Shown one piece after another: positions 18,620 through 29,177 of a stretch of 40,718 nucleotides of DNA (its first letter is position 1; each line of letters starts with the position of its first letter). Under the pieces are notes generated by a model, which was given only the letters and a program-made list of their open reading frames with translations, made no database searches and was not told where the DNA came from. The stretch spans positions 1 to 40,718 of the forward strand of contig PWYF01000191.1 of NCBI GenBank assembly GCA_003567955.1, read 5' to 3'. This DNA comes from Thiotrichales bacterium (GTDB lineage Bacteria > Pseudomonadota > Gammaproteobacteria > UBA5335 > SLRW01). The translations under genes and the position numbers were made by a program.

Positions 18620-19962
18620 GCCGAAGCCAGCTCCCTCACCGCAGCCACAAAATCCCGACCGCGGTGTTCGTAACCTTCAAACATGTCGAAACTCGCGCAA
18701 GCCGGCGACAACAGCACCGCATCCCCTTGCCGGGCCAGGCGCGCCGCCATACGGACCGCTCGCGCCATCGATTCGGCGCGGTGCAACTCAGTGCAATCCG
18801 CCAGCGCGTCGGCGAGTAATGACGCATCCCGGCCGATCAATACTGCGGCGTGCACGTGCTCACGCACAGCCGGCGCCAGCACAGAGAAATCTGCATCCTT
18901 GCCCTCACCCCCGGCGATCAACACCAGCGGGCGGCCCAGGCCTTCAATGGCGGCCAGACTGGCGCCCGGATTGGTGGCCTTGGAGTCGTTATAGAAATCG
19001 ACCCCGTCAATGCGGGCCACCCACTGGCTGCGATGCGGCAAGCCCGGGAAGGTGCGCAATACTCCCAGCATGGCTTCGATCGGCAATCCGGCCGCTTCGC
19101 CGGTGGCCAGTGCCGCCAGGGCATTGGCCAGGTTGTGACGCCCCGGGATCAACAGTTCACCGGCAGGCAACAGGAGCGTTTCGCCCCGCGCCAGCCAGAC
19201 CGCGCCATCCCGTTCCAGCAACCCGTAATCTCGTTGTGTTGGCGGTTTGTCCAGACCGAAGGTAATAACTTGCGCCACCTCTCCGGCCATCCCCATGACC
19301 GTGGCGTCTTCGCGATTGAGGACTGCGGTCCGGGCATGAGCCAGGATCCGTTGCTTGGCTGCGGCGTACTCAGCCAGCCCGGCATAGCGGTCCATGTGAT
19401 CAGGGCTGATATTGAGTACTGTCGACACCCGGGTAGCCAGGGTGTCGGTCAACTCAAGCTGGAAACTCGAAAGTTCAAGCACATACAAGGCCGCCGGGTC
19501 GCCCTCGCCGGTGAGCAGATCCAGTGCCGGCGTCCCCAGGTTGCCCCCCATGCGTGTGGCCCCGGATACTTCACGCCCCATCAGCCCCACCAGCGTGGTC
19601 ACCGTACTCTTGCCATTGGACCCGGTTACCGCCACGACCGGGGCATCCACATGACGGGCAAACAACTCAATATCGCCATATACCGGCAGCCCGCGTGCAC
19701 GTGCTTCCAGCAGCACCGGCGTATCCGAGGCCAGACCCGGCGAGACGACCACCTGGTCAGCGTGATCCAGCACTGAAGGTGCCAACCCCCCCACAAAAAC
19801 CGCCACATCAGGCATATCGCGGCGCAGGGCTTCCAGCCCCGGCGGGTTGTCACGGGTATCGGCCACCGCCAGCACATCGCCACGGGCGCGCAGGAAGCGC
19901 ACCACCGACAGGCCGGTGACGCCCAGTCCCAGCACCAGGGTGCGCGTGGCCGCAACGCTCAT
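18616..19962 (-). CDS. murD: UDP-MurNAc-L-Ala--D-glutamate ligase
   Basis: GSNGKST, ELSSFQL, NDSKATN and SPACASFD. The ATG at 19962 has a GAGGGG SD; 20016 is an alternative start. Confidence 0.95.
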   Translation of the reverse strand: MSVAATRTLVLGLGVTGLSVVRFLRARGDVLAVADTRDNPPGLEALRRDMPDVAVFVGGLAPSVLDHADQVVVSPGLASDTPVLLEARARGLPVYGDIELFARHVDAPVVAVTGSNGKSTVTTLVGLMGREVSGATRMGGNLGTPALDLLTGEGDPAALYVLELSSFQLELTDTLATRVSTVLNISPDHMDRYAGLAEYAAAKQRILAHARTAVLNREDATVMGMAGEVAQVITFGLDKPPTQRDYGLLERDGAVWLARGETLLLPAGELLIPGRHNLANALAALATGEAAGLPIEAMLGVLRTFPGLPHRSQWVARIDGVDFYNDSKATNPGASLAAIEGLGRPLVLIAGGEGKDADFSVLAPAVREHVHAAVLIGRDASLLADALADCTELHRAESMARAVRMAARLARQGDAVLLSPACASFDMFEGYEHRGRDFVAAVRELASA

Positions 19963-20019
19963 CGCGTCCCCCTCATGCGCTGTTGCCAGATCCGTGTTGT
20001 AGGCATCATTCAGCATCCG

Positions 20020-21093
20020 TCACCGCAACTTGAGTGAACTCAGTGCAACCAGCACCAGAATCACCGTGATAATCCAGAAACGCACACTGACCCGTGGCTC
20101 AGGCCAGCCCTTGAGTTCAAAGTGGTGGTGCAACGGGGCCATGCGGAATACCCGCCGGCCGGTGAGCTTGTAGGAGACCACCTGCACAATGACCGAGACG
20201 GTCTCGACCACAAACACGCCGCCCATGATCACCAGCACCAGCTCCTGCTGCACCACCACCGCCAGCGTGCCCAGCGCCGCGCCCAGCGCCAGCGCGCCGG
20301 TGTCGCCCATGAACACCTGGGCCGGATAGGTGTTGAACCAGAGAAAGCCCAGCCCGGCGCCGACAATTGCCCCGCACAGAATGACTGTCTCGCCGGCCCC
20401 GGCGATAAAGGGAATGCCCAGGTAATCAGCAAAGTGGTAATGGCCGCTGGCGTAGGCAAACACGCCCAGCGCCCCGGCCACCATCACGGTGGGCATGATG
20501 GCCAGCCCGTCGAGGCCGTCGGTCAGATTGACGGCGTTACTGGTGCCCACGATCACGAAATAGGTGAACAGGATGTAAAGCACGCCCAGATTGATGCTCA
20601 CATCCTTGAGATAGGGAATCAGCAATTCAGTCTCGCCAGCGACGGAATACAGCACCACTGCCGTGACCGCACCGACCAGGGACTGCAGCAGGTATTTCCA
20701 GCGTGCCGGCAAGCCCCGCGCGTCCTGCAAAACCAGCTTGCGGTAATCATCAATGCCGCCGATCAGACCAAAGGCCAGCATGGTCAGCAGCGCGATCCAG
20801 ACATATTCATTGGTCAGATCGGCCCACAGCAGCACGCTGGCGGCGATAGAGAACAGGATCAGCGCACCACCCATGGTCGGTGTACCACGCTTGTCCAGAT
20901 GACTCTGGGGACCGTCGTCACGGACCGTCTGGCCAATGTGATAGCGAGTCAATCGACTGATCGCCGCCGGGCCCACCAACAGACAGATCACCAGCGCGGT
21001 AAGCACCCCCAGAATGGCGCGCATGCTGATATAGCCAAAGGCATTGAAGCCGGTATGGAACTGAATCAGATATTCACTCAGATGAAACAGCAT
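20020..21093 (-). CDS. mraY: Phospho-N-acetylmuramoyl-pentapeptide transferase
   Basis: [27 protein letters not shown] and MAPLHHHFE. Confidence 0.98.
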   Translation of the reverse strand: MLFHLSEYLIQFHTGFNAFGYISMRAILGVLTALVICLLVGPAAISRLTRYHIGQTVRDDGPQSHLDKRGTPTMGGALILFSIAASVLLWADLTNEYVWIALLTMLAFGLIGGIDDYRKLVLQDARGLPARWKYLLQSLVGAVTAVVLYSVAGETELLIPYLKDVSINLGVLYILFTYFVIVGTSNAVNLTDGLDGLAIMPTVMVAGALGVFAYASGHYHFADYLGIPFIAGAGETVILCGAIVGAGLGFLWFNTYPAQVFMGDTGALALGAALGTLAVVVQQELVLVIMGGVFVVETVSVIVQVVSYKLTGRRVFRMAPLHHHFELKGWPEPRVSVRFWIITVILVLVALSSLKLR

Positions 21094-21097
21094 GGCT

Positions 21098-22468
21098 TCA
21101 GTCCCCCCCGGCGTCCGCCACTACCGGCGTCGCCAGCGCCGACACCACCCGTTCCATCTGCATGGCGCGGGACCCCTTGACGAGAATCGTGCAATCAGGA
21201 CCGGTACAGTCGTGCAGACGAGCCAGCAGCGCCTCTATTCCGGTACTGTGGGCGGCACCCTCACCGAAGGCCTCGCTCGCTGCTGCCGAGAGTTCACCCA
21301 GCGTGTACAGGTGTTCAATACCGCTGGCGCGGGCCTGACGCCCCATTTCAGCGTGCAAAGCCCGCCCCTCGGGACCCAACTCACCCATATCACCCAGCAC
21401 CAGAATCCGGCGCCCCTCGCGTGCGGCCAGGACATCCAGCGCCACTGCGAGTGAATCCGGGTTGGCGTTATAACTGTCATCGAGCAGACAGGCCCCGTCG
21501 GCAGTCTGGTGCAATTGCAGGCGTCCCGGCGCACCGTCCACACACGCCAGCCCGCTGGCAATTTCAGCCGGAGTACAACCGGCGGCCAGCGCAGCAGCGG
21601 CCGCCGCGAGGGCATTGCTGATGTTATGCGCCCCCGGCAGGGGCAGGCGAACCTCGGCCTCGCCCTGCGGCGTGACCAGCACAAACCACTGACCGCCATC
21701 GGCGGTTTGCTGCACGCTGCTGCCGGGACGGACATCGGCCAGTTCGCCATGGCCAAAGCGGATAACAGGACGCGAACCGGCAAGGGATAGCCATAATTCA
21801 GCGTAGGCGTCGTCCGTATTGATCACCGCGACCCCGTCTTCCGGCAGGGCCTCAAACATTTCTCCCTTGGCCCGGGCGACGCCGTCCAGTGAACCGAAGC
21901 CCTCCAGATGAGCACGCCCGGCATTGGTGACCAGCCCCACATCGGGACGGGCAAGACCCGCAAGCAACGCGATCTCGCCGGCATGATTGGCCCCCATCTC
22001 AATCACTGCCGCCTGATGACGCTCGTCCAGTTCCAGCAGGGTCAGCGGCATCCCGATGTGGTTGTTGAGATTGCCGCGAGTGGCCAGAACCTCGCCCCGA
22101 CAGGCCATGATAGCGGCCAGCATTTGCTTGACCGTGGTCTTGCCGTTGCTGCCCGTCACCCCGATCACCGGCAGCGTGAAGCGTTGCCGCCAGTGCAAGG
22201 CCAATTGCCCCAGCCCGGCGGTGGTGTCGGCAACGATCATCTGTGGCAGCGGCGTGTCGAGTTCACGCTCAACCATGGCGGCGGCCACACCGGCGCGGGC
22301 GGCATCAGTCACAAATTTGTGACCATCCATGCGCTCGCCACGGATCGCCACGAACAGGGCCCCGGACACGGCCCGACGGCTGTCGATGCTGACACCTTCA
22401 AAGCGCGCCGGTGCCGTGCAGCGACCCTGCAGTGTCGGGGCAAATTCAGCCAGCGATCCGCGGATCAT
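21098..22468 (-). CDS. murF: UDP-MurNAc-tripeptide--D-Ala-D-Ala ligase
   Basis: [30 protein letters not shown] and VKGSR. Confidence 0.96.
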   Translation of the reverse strand: MIRGSLAEFAPTLQGRCTAPARFEGVSIDSRRAVSGALFVAIRGERMDGHKFVTDAARAGVAAAMVERELDTPLPQMIVADTTAGLGQLALHWRQRFTLPVIGVTGSNGKTTVKQMLAAIMACRGEVLATRGNLNNHIGMPLTLLELDERHQAAVIEMGANHAGEIALLAGLARPDVGLVTNAGRAHLEGFGSLDGVARAKGEMFEALPEDGVAVINTDDAYAELWLSLAGSRPVIRFGHGELADVRPGSSVQQTADGGQWFVLVTPQGEAEVRLPLPGAHNISNALAAAAAALAAGCTPAEIASGLACVDGAPGRLQLHQTADGACLLDDSYNANPDSLAVALDVLAAREGRRILVLGDMGELGPEGRALHAEMGRQARASGIEHLYTLGELSAAASEAFGEGAAHSTGIEALLARLHDCTGPDCTILVKGSRAMQMERVVSALATPVVADAGGD

Positions 22469-23970
22469 GGCCCCACCTCCCGCAGTGCCAGCCGAACCTG
22501 GGCGACATCACTGAACGCCAGACGCTGCCCGGCACGTTCCTGCCAGCTCTCATGGCCCTTACCGGCTACCAGCACCACATCATTGGCCCCGGCCTGTGCC
22601 ACCGCGGTGGTAATAGCACGCGCCCTGTCATGGATCACTTTCGCCTGGGCGCCTGCGCCCTGAATAATCTCGCTGACGATGGCTTCCGGTGACTCGCCGC
22701 GCGGATTGTCATCCGTCACGATGACCCGATCGGCACCGTCGCGGGCAATTTCACCCATCAACGCCCGCTTGCCGGTATCGCGCTCGCCGCCACAACCAAA
22801 CACGCACCACAACTCCCCGGAGCAGTGCTCGCGGGCAGCTTCCAGAGCGCGGGCCAGCGCCGCCGGGGTATGGGCATAATCCACAATGACCAGCGGTTGG
22901 CCATCGCCGCCCAGACACTGCATCCGCCCGGGCACCGGCCCTACCCGTTTCAGCGCATCGGCCAGGGCCTCATCGCGATAACCCAGTGAATACAGGGTGG
23001 CGGCCACCGCCAGCAGGTTATCGGCATTAAAACGCCCCAGCAGTGGCAGCGACAGACTGAACTGCGCCGCACCCGCGAAGCTTAACTCCAGGCCGTCGCG
23101 ACGGGGCCGGACTTCGGTTGCTTCCAGCCAGGGCTCGCTGCCCGCCTGTTCACGCGCGCCCTGGCCGTACCAAATGCACTCGCTACCCTCGGGCATCACC
23201 GCACGCAATTGCGGCGAACGGGGATCTGCAGCATTGAGCACGCCACCACCCAGTTCCGCATATTCAAACAAGCGGCGCTTGGCTGCGAAATAAGCCGCCA
23301 TGTCGCCGTGATAATCCAGGTGATCACGGCTGAGGTTGGTGAACACCGCGCGGGTAAAATGCACCCCCGCGACCCGGTACTGATCCAGGGCGTGCGAGGA
23401 AACCTCCATCACCGCGTGACGGGCCCCGGCATCGCGAAAACGACCCAGCAACGCCTGCACCTGTGTCGCCGCCGGTGTGGTATGGGTAGCCGGATCCAGT
23501 TCGCCATACAGGCCGCTGCCCAGCGTCCCGATCAGCCCGCAACGGGCCTGTTCATGATCCAGTGCCGCCGCCAGCATCCAGCTGCAGGAAGTCTTGCCGT
23601 TGGTGCCGGTAATCCCGATCACCGCCAGCGCCCGGGAAGGCTCGCCCAGGCAGCGTGAGGCAATCACGCCAGCCCGGGCACTCAACCCGGGCGCCGCAAT
23701 CAACGGAATCGGTGCATCCGGCACGTCCAGCCCCGGCGCCGGCTCATAAAGCACAGCCACGGCCCCGTTGTCCAGGACCTGGTCCAGCCACTGCAGACCA
23801 TGACTGCGCTGGCCGGCCAATGCCAGAAACAGGCTACCGGGTCTCACCTCACGACTATCAGCTGCCACCGCGCTGACCTGTAAGGCACCGCTGTCACCTG
23901 CCGGCGCCAGCCCCTCCAGCAATTCGGTCAGCGCCATGGTGCTTTGCTGTTGGATACGCTGCGCCATCAT
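22465..23970 (-). CDS. murE: UDP-MurNAc-dipeptide--meso-DAP ligase
   Basis: GTNGKTS, MEVSSH, DYAHTP, DNPR (mDAP-specific motif) and AGKGHE. Confidence 0.96.
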   Translation of the reverse strand: MMAQRIQQQSTMALTELLEGLAPAGDSGALQVSAVAADSREVRPGSLFLALAGQRSHGLQWLDQVLDNGAVAVLYEPAPGLDVPDAPIPLIAAPGLSARAGVIASRCLGEPSRALAVIGITGTNGKTSCSWMLAAALDHEQARCGLIGTLGSGLYGELDPATHTTPAATQVQALLGRFRDAGARHAVMEVSSHALDQYRVAGVHFTRAVFTNLSRDHLDYHGDMAAYFAAKRRLFEYAELGGGVLNAADPRSPQLRAVMPEGSECIWYGQGAREQAGSEPWLEATEVRPRRDGLELSFAGAAQFSLSLPLLGRFNADNLLAVAATLYSLGYRDEALADALKRVGPVPGRMQCLGGDGQPLVIVDYAHTPAALARALEAAREHCSGELWCVFGCGGERDTGKRALMGEIARDGADRVIVTDDNPRGESPEAIVSEIIQGAGAQAKVIHDRARAITTAVAQAGANDVVLVAGKGHESWQERAGQRLAFSDVAQVRLALREVGP

Positions 23971-25709
23971 CCCGGCTCTCCCGGCAGATGGGTGCCGGCC
24001 ACACGGCCCTCATCACGCCTGACATCATCCGGCGTGATATCCAGCAACCGCAGGGCGCCCGACATGACCCGCGAGAACACCGGCGCGGCGACCAGGCCAC
24101 CGGCATAATGCTCGCCACCGGGCTCGTCGATCACCACCACCGTCACCAGCCGCGGATCACTGGCCGGTGCGGTGCCGGCAAATACCGCCACGTGACGTTC
24201 TTCCTCGTAACCGCCCAGACCGGACTTGCGCGCCGTCCCGGTTTTACCCGAGACACGATAAAAGGGCACAGCAGCACGGGTGCCGGTCCCCTCGGTGACC
24301 ACATATTCCATCATTCCCAGCAGCGCCCGCGCATGGCCCGGATCCGTGACCGGCACACCGGGCGGGGGGGCATCCACCCGCACAAAGGAGACATCACGCA
24401 TGACGCCACCCGAAGCCAGGGCGGCATAGGCTCGTGCCAGCTGTAACGGCGTTACTGAAACCCCGTAGCCATAGGCGAGCGTGGCCTGCCGAATTTTCTG
24501 CCAGCGATCAAAATGCGTGAGATTGCCGCTGCGCTCCCCCGGAAACCCGCTGGCAGTCACATCGCCAAAGCCGAAACCGCGAAGACTGGACCAGAGCGTC
24601 TCGGGGGGCAGACTCATGGCCACACGGGTGGCACCCACGTTACTGGAATGACTGAGCACACCGGTGAGGCTGAGCTCACCATAATTGCGCAAATCGCGAA
24701 TGGTGGCATTCTGTACCCGCATCCAGCCCGGCGAAGTATCGATGCGCGAACTCGTGTCCACCATGCCGGCATCCATGGCCGCCGCCACGATAAATGGCTT
24801 GATCGCCGAGCCCGGCTCAAACACATCACTCACTGCACGGTTGCGGGTGTGCATGCTGCGCAGGGTGGCCCGGTTATTGGGATTGAAGGCCGGCTGGTTG
24901 GCCATCGCCAGCACCTCGCCGGTCTGCGCATCCAGAATCACCAGCGAACCACTGCGGGCATTGTGTTCGGAGACCGCGGCCTTGAGTTCACGGTAGGCCA
25001 GATACTGCACCCGCCGATCAATGCTCAGCGTCAGATCACGCCCCGGGCGAGGTTCGCGCACCAGCCCCAGGTCCTCGACCACGCGGCCGAGACGATCCCT
25101 GATCACCCGCTTGCTGCCCGACTCTCCCCGCAACCAGTCATCAAAGGCCAGCTCCATGCCCTCCTGGCCCTGATCATCAATATTGGTAAATCCCAGCACA
25201 TGCGCGGCCACTTCACCCATGGGGTAATAGCGGCGGTATTCACGTTGCAGATACACGGCCGGTATATCCAGGGCGGTCACCACCTCGGCCTCATCCGGGG
25301 TCATGTGCCGACGGATATACATGAACTCCCGATCGCGCCGGGCCTGCACGGTCTGGACCAGGGTGCGCGGATCGTGGCCGGTGACCGCCGCCAGGCGTTC
25401 AATCGCCGCCGTGTCTTCGGCCAGCCGGGCGGGATTGGCCCAGACCGAGTCCACCGGCGTGCTCACAGCCAGCGGTTCGCCGTTGCGGTCACGAATCATG
25501 CCCCGGTGGGCCGGAATATCCACGACCCGAACCTGACGGGCCTCGGCCTGGGTGCTGAGAAAACCACTGTGCCAGACCTGCAGGTCCACAGCGCGCCACA
25601 GCAACACACCGGCGGCCAGCGCAAACATCACCATCAGCACCTGGCTGCGGCGGCGCCAGACGGTGTTTTCCACCACCTGCGTGCGTCCTGTCTGGCCTTC
25701 AGTGTTCAC
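23967..25709 (-). CDS. ftsI: Penicillin-binding protein 3 FtsI
   Basis: SxxK (SAIK), SxN (SSN) and KTG motifs, with an N-terminal TM. Confidence 0.96.
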   Translation of the reverse strand: MNTEGQTGRTQVVENTVWRRRSQVLMVMFALAAGVLLWRAVDLQVWHSGFLSTQAEARQVRVVDIPAHRGMIRDRNGEPLAVSTPVDSVWANPARLAEDTAAIERLAAVTGHDPRTLVQTVQARRDREFMYIRRHMTPDEAEVVTALDIPAVYLQREYRRYYPMGEVAAHVLGFTNIDDQGQEGMELAFDDWLRGESGSKRVIRDRLGRVVEDLGLVREPRPGRDLTLSIDRRVQYLAYRELKAAVSEHNARSGSLVILDAQTGEVLAMANQPAFNPNNRATLRSMHTRNRAVSDVFEPGSAIKPFIVAAAMDAGMVDTSSRIDTSPGWMRVQNATIRDLRNYGELSLTGVLSHSSNVGATRVAMSLPPETLWSSLRGFGFGDVTASGFPGERSGNLTHFDRWQKIRQATLAYGYGVSVTPLQLARAYAALASGGVMRDVSFVRVDAPPPGVPVTDPGHARALLGMMEYVVTEGTGTRAAVPFYRVSGKTGTARKSGLGGYEEERHVAVFAGTAPASDPRLVTVVVIDEPGGEHYAGGLVAAPVFSRVMSGALRLLDITPDDVRRDEGRVAGTHLPGEPG

Positions 25710-25968
25710 GAATGATCACCACTTCGTCACTTTCAGGGTTTTTCATTTGCAGACGCTCGCGCGCCAGGCGCTCAATACGCGGATGCGTCGCCCAGGTGCT
25801 TAGCTCCAGCTGCAAGCGCCCCCAGTCCACATTCATCTCATCCCGTTCTGCGACCAGTTGCTGCCACTCGGTATACAGCTTGCGGTTTTCATATTTGACG
25901 TAGACCAGCCCCAGACCCGAAGCCATCAGGGCCGCCGTCAACAGCGCCAGCAACACCAGCCGCATCAT
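25699..25968 (-). CDS. ftsL: Cell division protein FtsL
   Basis: 89 aa with TM plus coiled coil ([16 protein letters not shown]). Lies between rsmH and ftsI. Confidence 0.92.
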   Translation of the reverse strand: MMRLVLLALLTAALMASGLGLVYVKYENRKLYTEWQQLVAERDEMNVDWGRLQLELSTWATHPRIERLARERLQMKNPESDEVVIIREH

Positions 25969-26909
25969 GAGTCCAGCCTCTCGGCCACCCGCAGCACGGC
26001 ACTGCGCGCACGCGGGTTGGCTTCGGTTTCCGCCGCCGACGCCCGGCGAGCCTTGCCCACCAGCTTCAGCAGGGGCTGCGCCGAGGCCGGCACCACCGGT
26101 AACTGCGACAATTCGGGATCCACCCGGCTGTGATCACGCATGAAACGCTTGACCATGCGGTCTTCCAGCGAGTGGAAACTGATCACAACCAGGCGACCGG
26201 CAGGCCGCAACCGGGCCAGCGCTGCCTGCAGACCCGCGCGCAAGGCGTCCAGTTCGCCATTGATATGGATGCGAAGGGCCTGGAAAGTGCGCGTGGCGGG
26301 ATGCCTGCCGCGCACCTGCTGTCGCTGCGGCACCACGGCAGCCACCAGCTCGGCCAGCTCAGCAGTTGTACCCAGCGGCGCTTCCGCCCGGTGTTGCACA
26401 ATCGCGCGGGCGATGCGCCGGGCCAGGGGCTCCTCACCATAATCCCGCAACACCCGGGCGATCTCACGCTCATCGACCTCGGCCAGCCACTCAGCCGCAC
26501 TCGGCCCGCTGTCCGGGTCCATGCGCATATCCAGGGGGCCGTCGCGGGTGAAACTGAAACCGCGTGCGGGTGTATCGAGCTGCGGCGAGGACACACCCAG
26601 ATCAAGCAGAATGCCATCCACCCCGAGCCCTTCGGGCAACAGCTCATCAAGTCGGGCAAAACTCCCGTGAATCACCCGGCAGCGGGGATCATCTCCCCGC
26701 CGCTGGCGGGCATCGGCCACCGCTTCAGGGTCACGGTCAAGCAACCACAGCCGTCCGTCGGGGCCAAGCTGTTCCAGGATGGCAGCGGCATGACCGCCAC
26801 GCCCGTAGGTCCCGTCCACGTACCGACCATCTGCCCTGATCGCCATGGCTTCGACCACCTGTTGCAACATCACCGGGCTATGGTCTGCGTTGACCACGAC
26901 CCGCCTCAC
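25965..26909 (-). CDS. rsmH: 16S rRNA m4C1402 methyltransferase
   Basis: [28 protein letters not shown] and NPRARSA. The exact start codon is uncertain by a few residues. Confidence 0.96.
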   Translation of the reverse strand: MRRVVVNADHSPVMLQQVVEAMAIRADGRYVDGTYGRGGHAAAILEQLGPDGRLWLLDRDPEAVADARQRRGDDPRCRVIHGSFARLDELLPEGLGVDGILLDLGVSSPQLDTPARGFSFTRDGPLDMRMDPDSGPSAAEWLAEVDEREIARVLRDYGEEPLARRIARAIVQHRAEAPLGTTAELAELVAAVVPQRQQVRGRHPATRTFQALRIHINGELDALRAGLQAALARLRPAGRLVVISFHSLEDRMVKRFMRDHSRVDPELSQLPVVPASAQPLLKLVGKARRASAAETEANPRARSAVLRVAERLDS

Positions 26910-27361
26910 AGTGACAACGACTCAAGCTCATCACTGAGCTCAAGATTGTCTCCGTCATATTCCGCCAGCCACCGCTCGCGGTTGCTGTTCCAGCGCTCTT
27001 CGTCCCAGAGCTCGAATTTCTTGCCCTGCCCGATCAGCACAGCGCGGCGGTCAATACCGGCAAATTCACGCAACGGCTGGGGCAACAGCATGCGGCCATT
27101 ACCATCCAGATCAATCTCGGTGGCATGCCCGACCAGCAGGCGCTGCAAACTGCGCGCCTTGCGGTTAAGGCTGGAGAGTTTCACCAGCTTGGCTTCGATC
27201 TGCTCCCATTCCTGCTGGGGATAGATGAGCAGGCAGTGATCCACATCCACGGTCACGACCAGCTGGCCTTCGCAGATTTCCAGCAAACGATCACGGTGAC
27301 GCGTGGGCATGGCCACGCGCCCCTTGGCATCTACCGTGATATTGCTGACTCCCCTGAACAA
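26906..27361 (-). CDS. mraZ: Division/cell wall cluster transcriptional repressor MraZ
   Basis: (M)FRG..DAKGR and DGNGR repeats. TTG start at 27361 after a GGAG SD. Confidence 0.95.
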   Translation of the reverse strand: MFRGVSNITVDAKGRVAMPTRHRDRLLEICEGQLVVTVDVDHCLLIYPQQEWEQIEAKLVKLSSLNRKARSLQRLLVGHATEIDLDGNGRMLLPQPLREFAGIDRRAVLIGQGKKFELWDEERWNSNRERWLAEYDGDNLELSDELESLSL

Positions 27362-27387
27362 GGCTCCCCTCCGCCGGGCTGCAAATT

Positions 27388-27463
27388 CCATTTTTTGCCA
27401 CTTTTTTCCACTTCGCGCCACTATATGGACCACATTCCCCCACTGTCAAGAAAATTTCCCCAC
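27388..27463 (-). promoter_or_regulatory. dcw promoter with MraZ-binding GTGG repeats
   Basis: The minus strand reads TTGACA (27449-27444), 18 nt, TATAGT (27425-27420). CCA(C/T) boxes start at 27388, 27398, 27408, 27418, 27430, 27440 and 27460, with ~10-nt period. Confidence 0.85.
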
Positions 27464-27541
27464 CAGCACAGGATTAAATACTGGCGCGACAAATACTTAC
27501 AAACACAACCAAACCAAAAACGGGTCTCACGAAAGGGTAAT

Positions 27542-27554
27542 AATCAATAAGTTG
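27542..27554 (+). promoter_or_regulatory. IHF consensus site
   Basis: AATCAATAAGTTG fits WATCAANNNNTTR exactly, in AT-rich DNA ~90 bp upstream of the dcw -35. Confidence 0.55.
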
Positions 27555-27690
27555 CAACGCTTTTCTAGACTGATTCTATAGCTCTGGTGGCTATCAAACC
27601 GGGCGGGAACGGCACTGCAGCGGGCACGGGAAAACGGGAACACAACCGGAAGAATGCGTGCCCTGTTGGTGCCGGGGCTGAAAGGGGACA

Positions 27691-27726
27691 CAATAAAGCC
27701 CCCGGAACCGGTCAGGTTCCGGGGGC
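27691..27726 (-). terminator. Intrinsic terminator of rnpB
   Basis: Perfect 12-bp stem GCCCCCGGAACC/GGTTCCGGGGGC followed by TTTATT on the minus strand. Confidence 0.85.
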
Positions 27727-27735
27727 CCGGAAAAG

Positions 27736-28091
27736 AGATGGAAGCCAGCCTGTAAGCCGGGTTCTGTCGGGGACAGTCATTCATCTGGGACGTGCGTCAC
27801 CGCACGCCTCAAGCGACCTACCCGGGAGCAGCGCGGGCCACGCCATTGCTCCCCTATTTGGTCTTGCTCCGGATGGGGTTTACCGTGCCGCGAGCTGTTG
27901 CCAGTCGCGCGGTGCGCTCTTACCGCACCTTTTCACCCTTGCCTGTGCCCGAAGGCCATCGGCGGTATGTTTTCTGTGGCACTTTCCGTGGGCTCACGCC
28001 CCCCAGGGGTTACCTGGCATCCTGCCCTGCGGAGCCCGGACTTTCCTCGACGCCACCGTTCGGCGACGCCGCGACTGCCCGGCCAGCTTCC
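27736..28091 (-). ncRNA. rnpB: RNase P RNA, class A
   Basis: The minus strand has 5' GGAAGCTGGCCGGGCAGTCGC, GAGGAAAGTCCGGGCTC, AGTGCCACAGAAA, GGTAAACCCC and 3' ACAGAACCCGGCTTAC. A TACAAT -10 lies at 28103-28098. It is downstream of rsmI as in E. coli. Confidence 0.97.
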
Positions 28092-28132
28092 ATGGTCATT
28101 GTACGCCTACAGGGGATAGCGCAACCACTCTA

Positions 28133-29017
28133 TTATTCAGATCCTCCGGCACCGGACAGCTCCAGCGCTCGCTGGTACAGGGCATTGCGCCGCAAACCAC
28201 TGAGGTGGGCTGCGGTATCCACCGCCTGTCGCAGTGGCAGCGCGGCAAGCAAACCGGCCAGCAGTGCATCCGTTTCGATCTCTACCCGATCACCGGGCGG
28301 CGAACCAGCCCCGCCCACACAGATCACGAACTCTCCGCGCCGCTCGGCGCCGGGCGCCGCAAATTGTCGGTGGAGCTCGCCCAGGCTGCCGTAATAAAGG
28401 GTCTCATGACGCTTGGTCAGTTCGCGGGCCACACTGGCACGGCGCTCACCGCCGAGTATCTCGACCATATCCGCCAGACTGGCAACAAGGCGATGCGGGG
28501 CCTCGTAAAACACACGAGTGAGATCAAGCCGCGCCAGGGCCTGCAAGCGCTGGCGGCGCGGCCCGCTACGGGGCGGCAAAAAACCCTCGAAGACAAAGCG
28601 GTCGGTCGGCAGCCCACTGACACTCAGCGCCGCCACCAGCGCGGTTGCCCCGGGCACCGCGATTACCGGCAACCCGGCCGCCACCACCGCGCTCACCAGC
28701 GGATAACCGGGGTCGCTGATCAGAGGCGTCCCCGCATCACTGATCAGCGCCACCGATCTGCCCTCCCCCAGCCATTGCACAATGACGCTGCTGCGCTCGC
28801 GCTCATTGTGTTCATGCAGGGCTGTCAGGGATGTCCTGATCCCCAGGTGCGCAAGCAGGCGCGCGCTGTGCCGGGTATCTTCGGCGGCAATGCAGTCCAC
28901 ATTATTGAGGATATGCACCGCCCTCGCCGTGATATCACCGAGATTACCAATGGGTGTCGCCACCACATACAGCGTTCCGGGACACACGGGCTCATCAATT
29001 GACAGGGTATAATCCAA
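28133..29017 (-). CDS. rsmI: 16S rRNA Cm1402 2'-O-methyltransferase
   Basis: LYVVATPIGNLGDIT, AAEDTR, SDAGTPLISDPG and ARELTK. The start codon is uncertain. Confidence 0.95.
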   Translation of the reverse strand: MDYTLSIDEPVCPGTLYVVATPIGNLGDITARAVHILNNVDCIAAEDTRHSARLLAHLGIRTSLTALHEHNERERSSVIVQWLGEGRSVALISDAGTPLISDPGYPLVSAVVAAGLPVIAVPGATALVAALSVSGLPTDRFVFEGFLPPRSGPRRQRLQALARLDLTRVFYEAPHRLVASLADMVEILGGERRASVARELTKRHETLYYGSLGELHRQFAAPGAERRGEFVICVGGAGSPPGDRVEIETDALLAGLLAALPLRQAVDTAAHLSGLRRNALYQRALELSGAGGSE

Positions 29018-29177
29018 AACCGATACTGCGCCTTATTCTGCAGGCTTGGCCGGCAGCCTGGGCTGTTGCGGCACCGGACGCCATTATTGCCGGCCGGTCA
29101 GCCACCTGCAATACCGTTGGCTTCGCTGCCCGGCCAGCCACCCGATCACCGTCAGCAACCTTGAACGACAGGGACTC

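Noticed and set aside
27587-29002. 471-aa plus-strand ORF and the neighbouring ORFs 27792-28394 and 27898-28119
   Set aside because: They lie antisense to rnpB and rsmI, which already explain the sequence.
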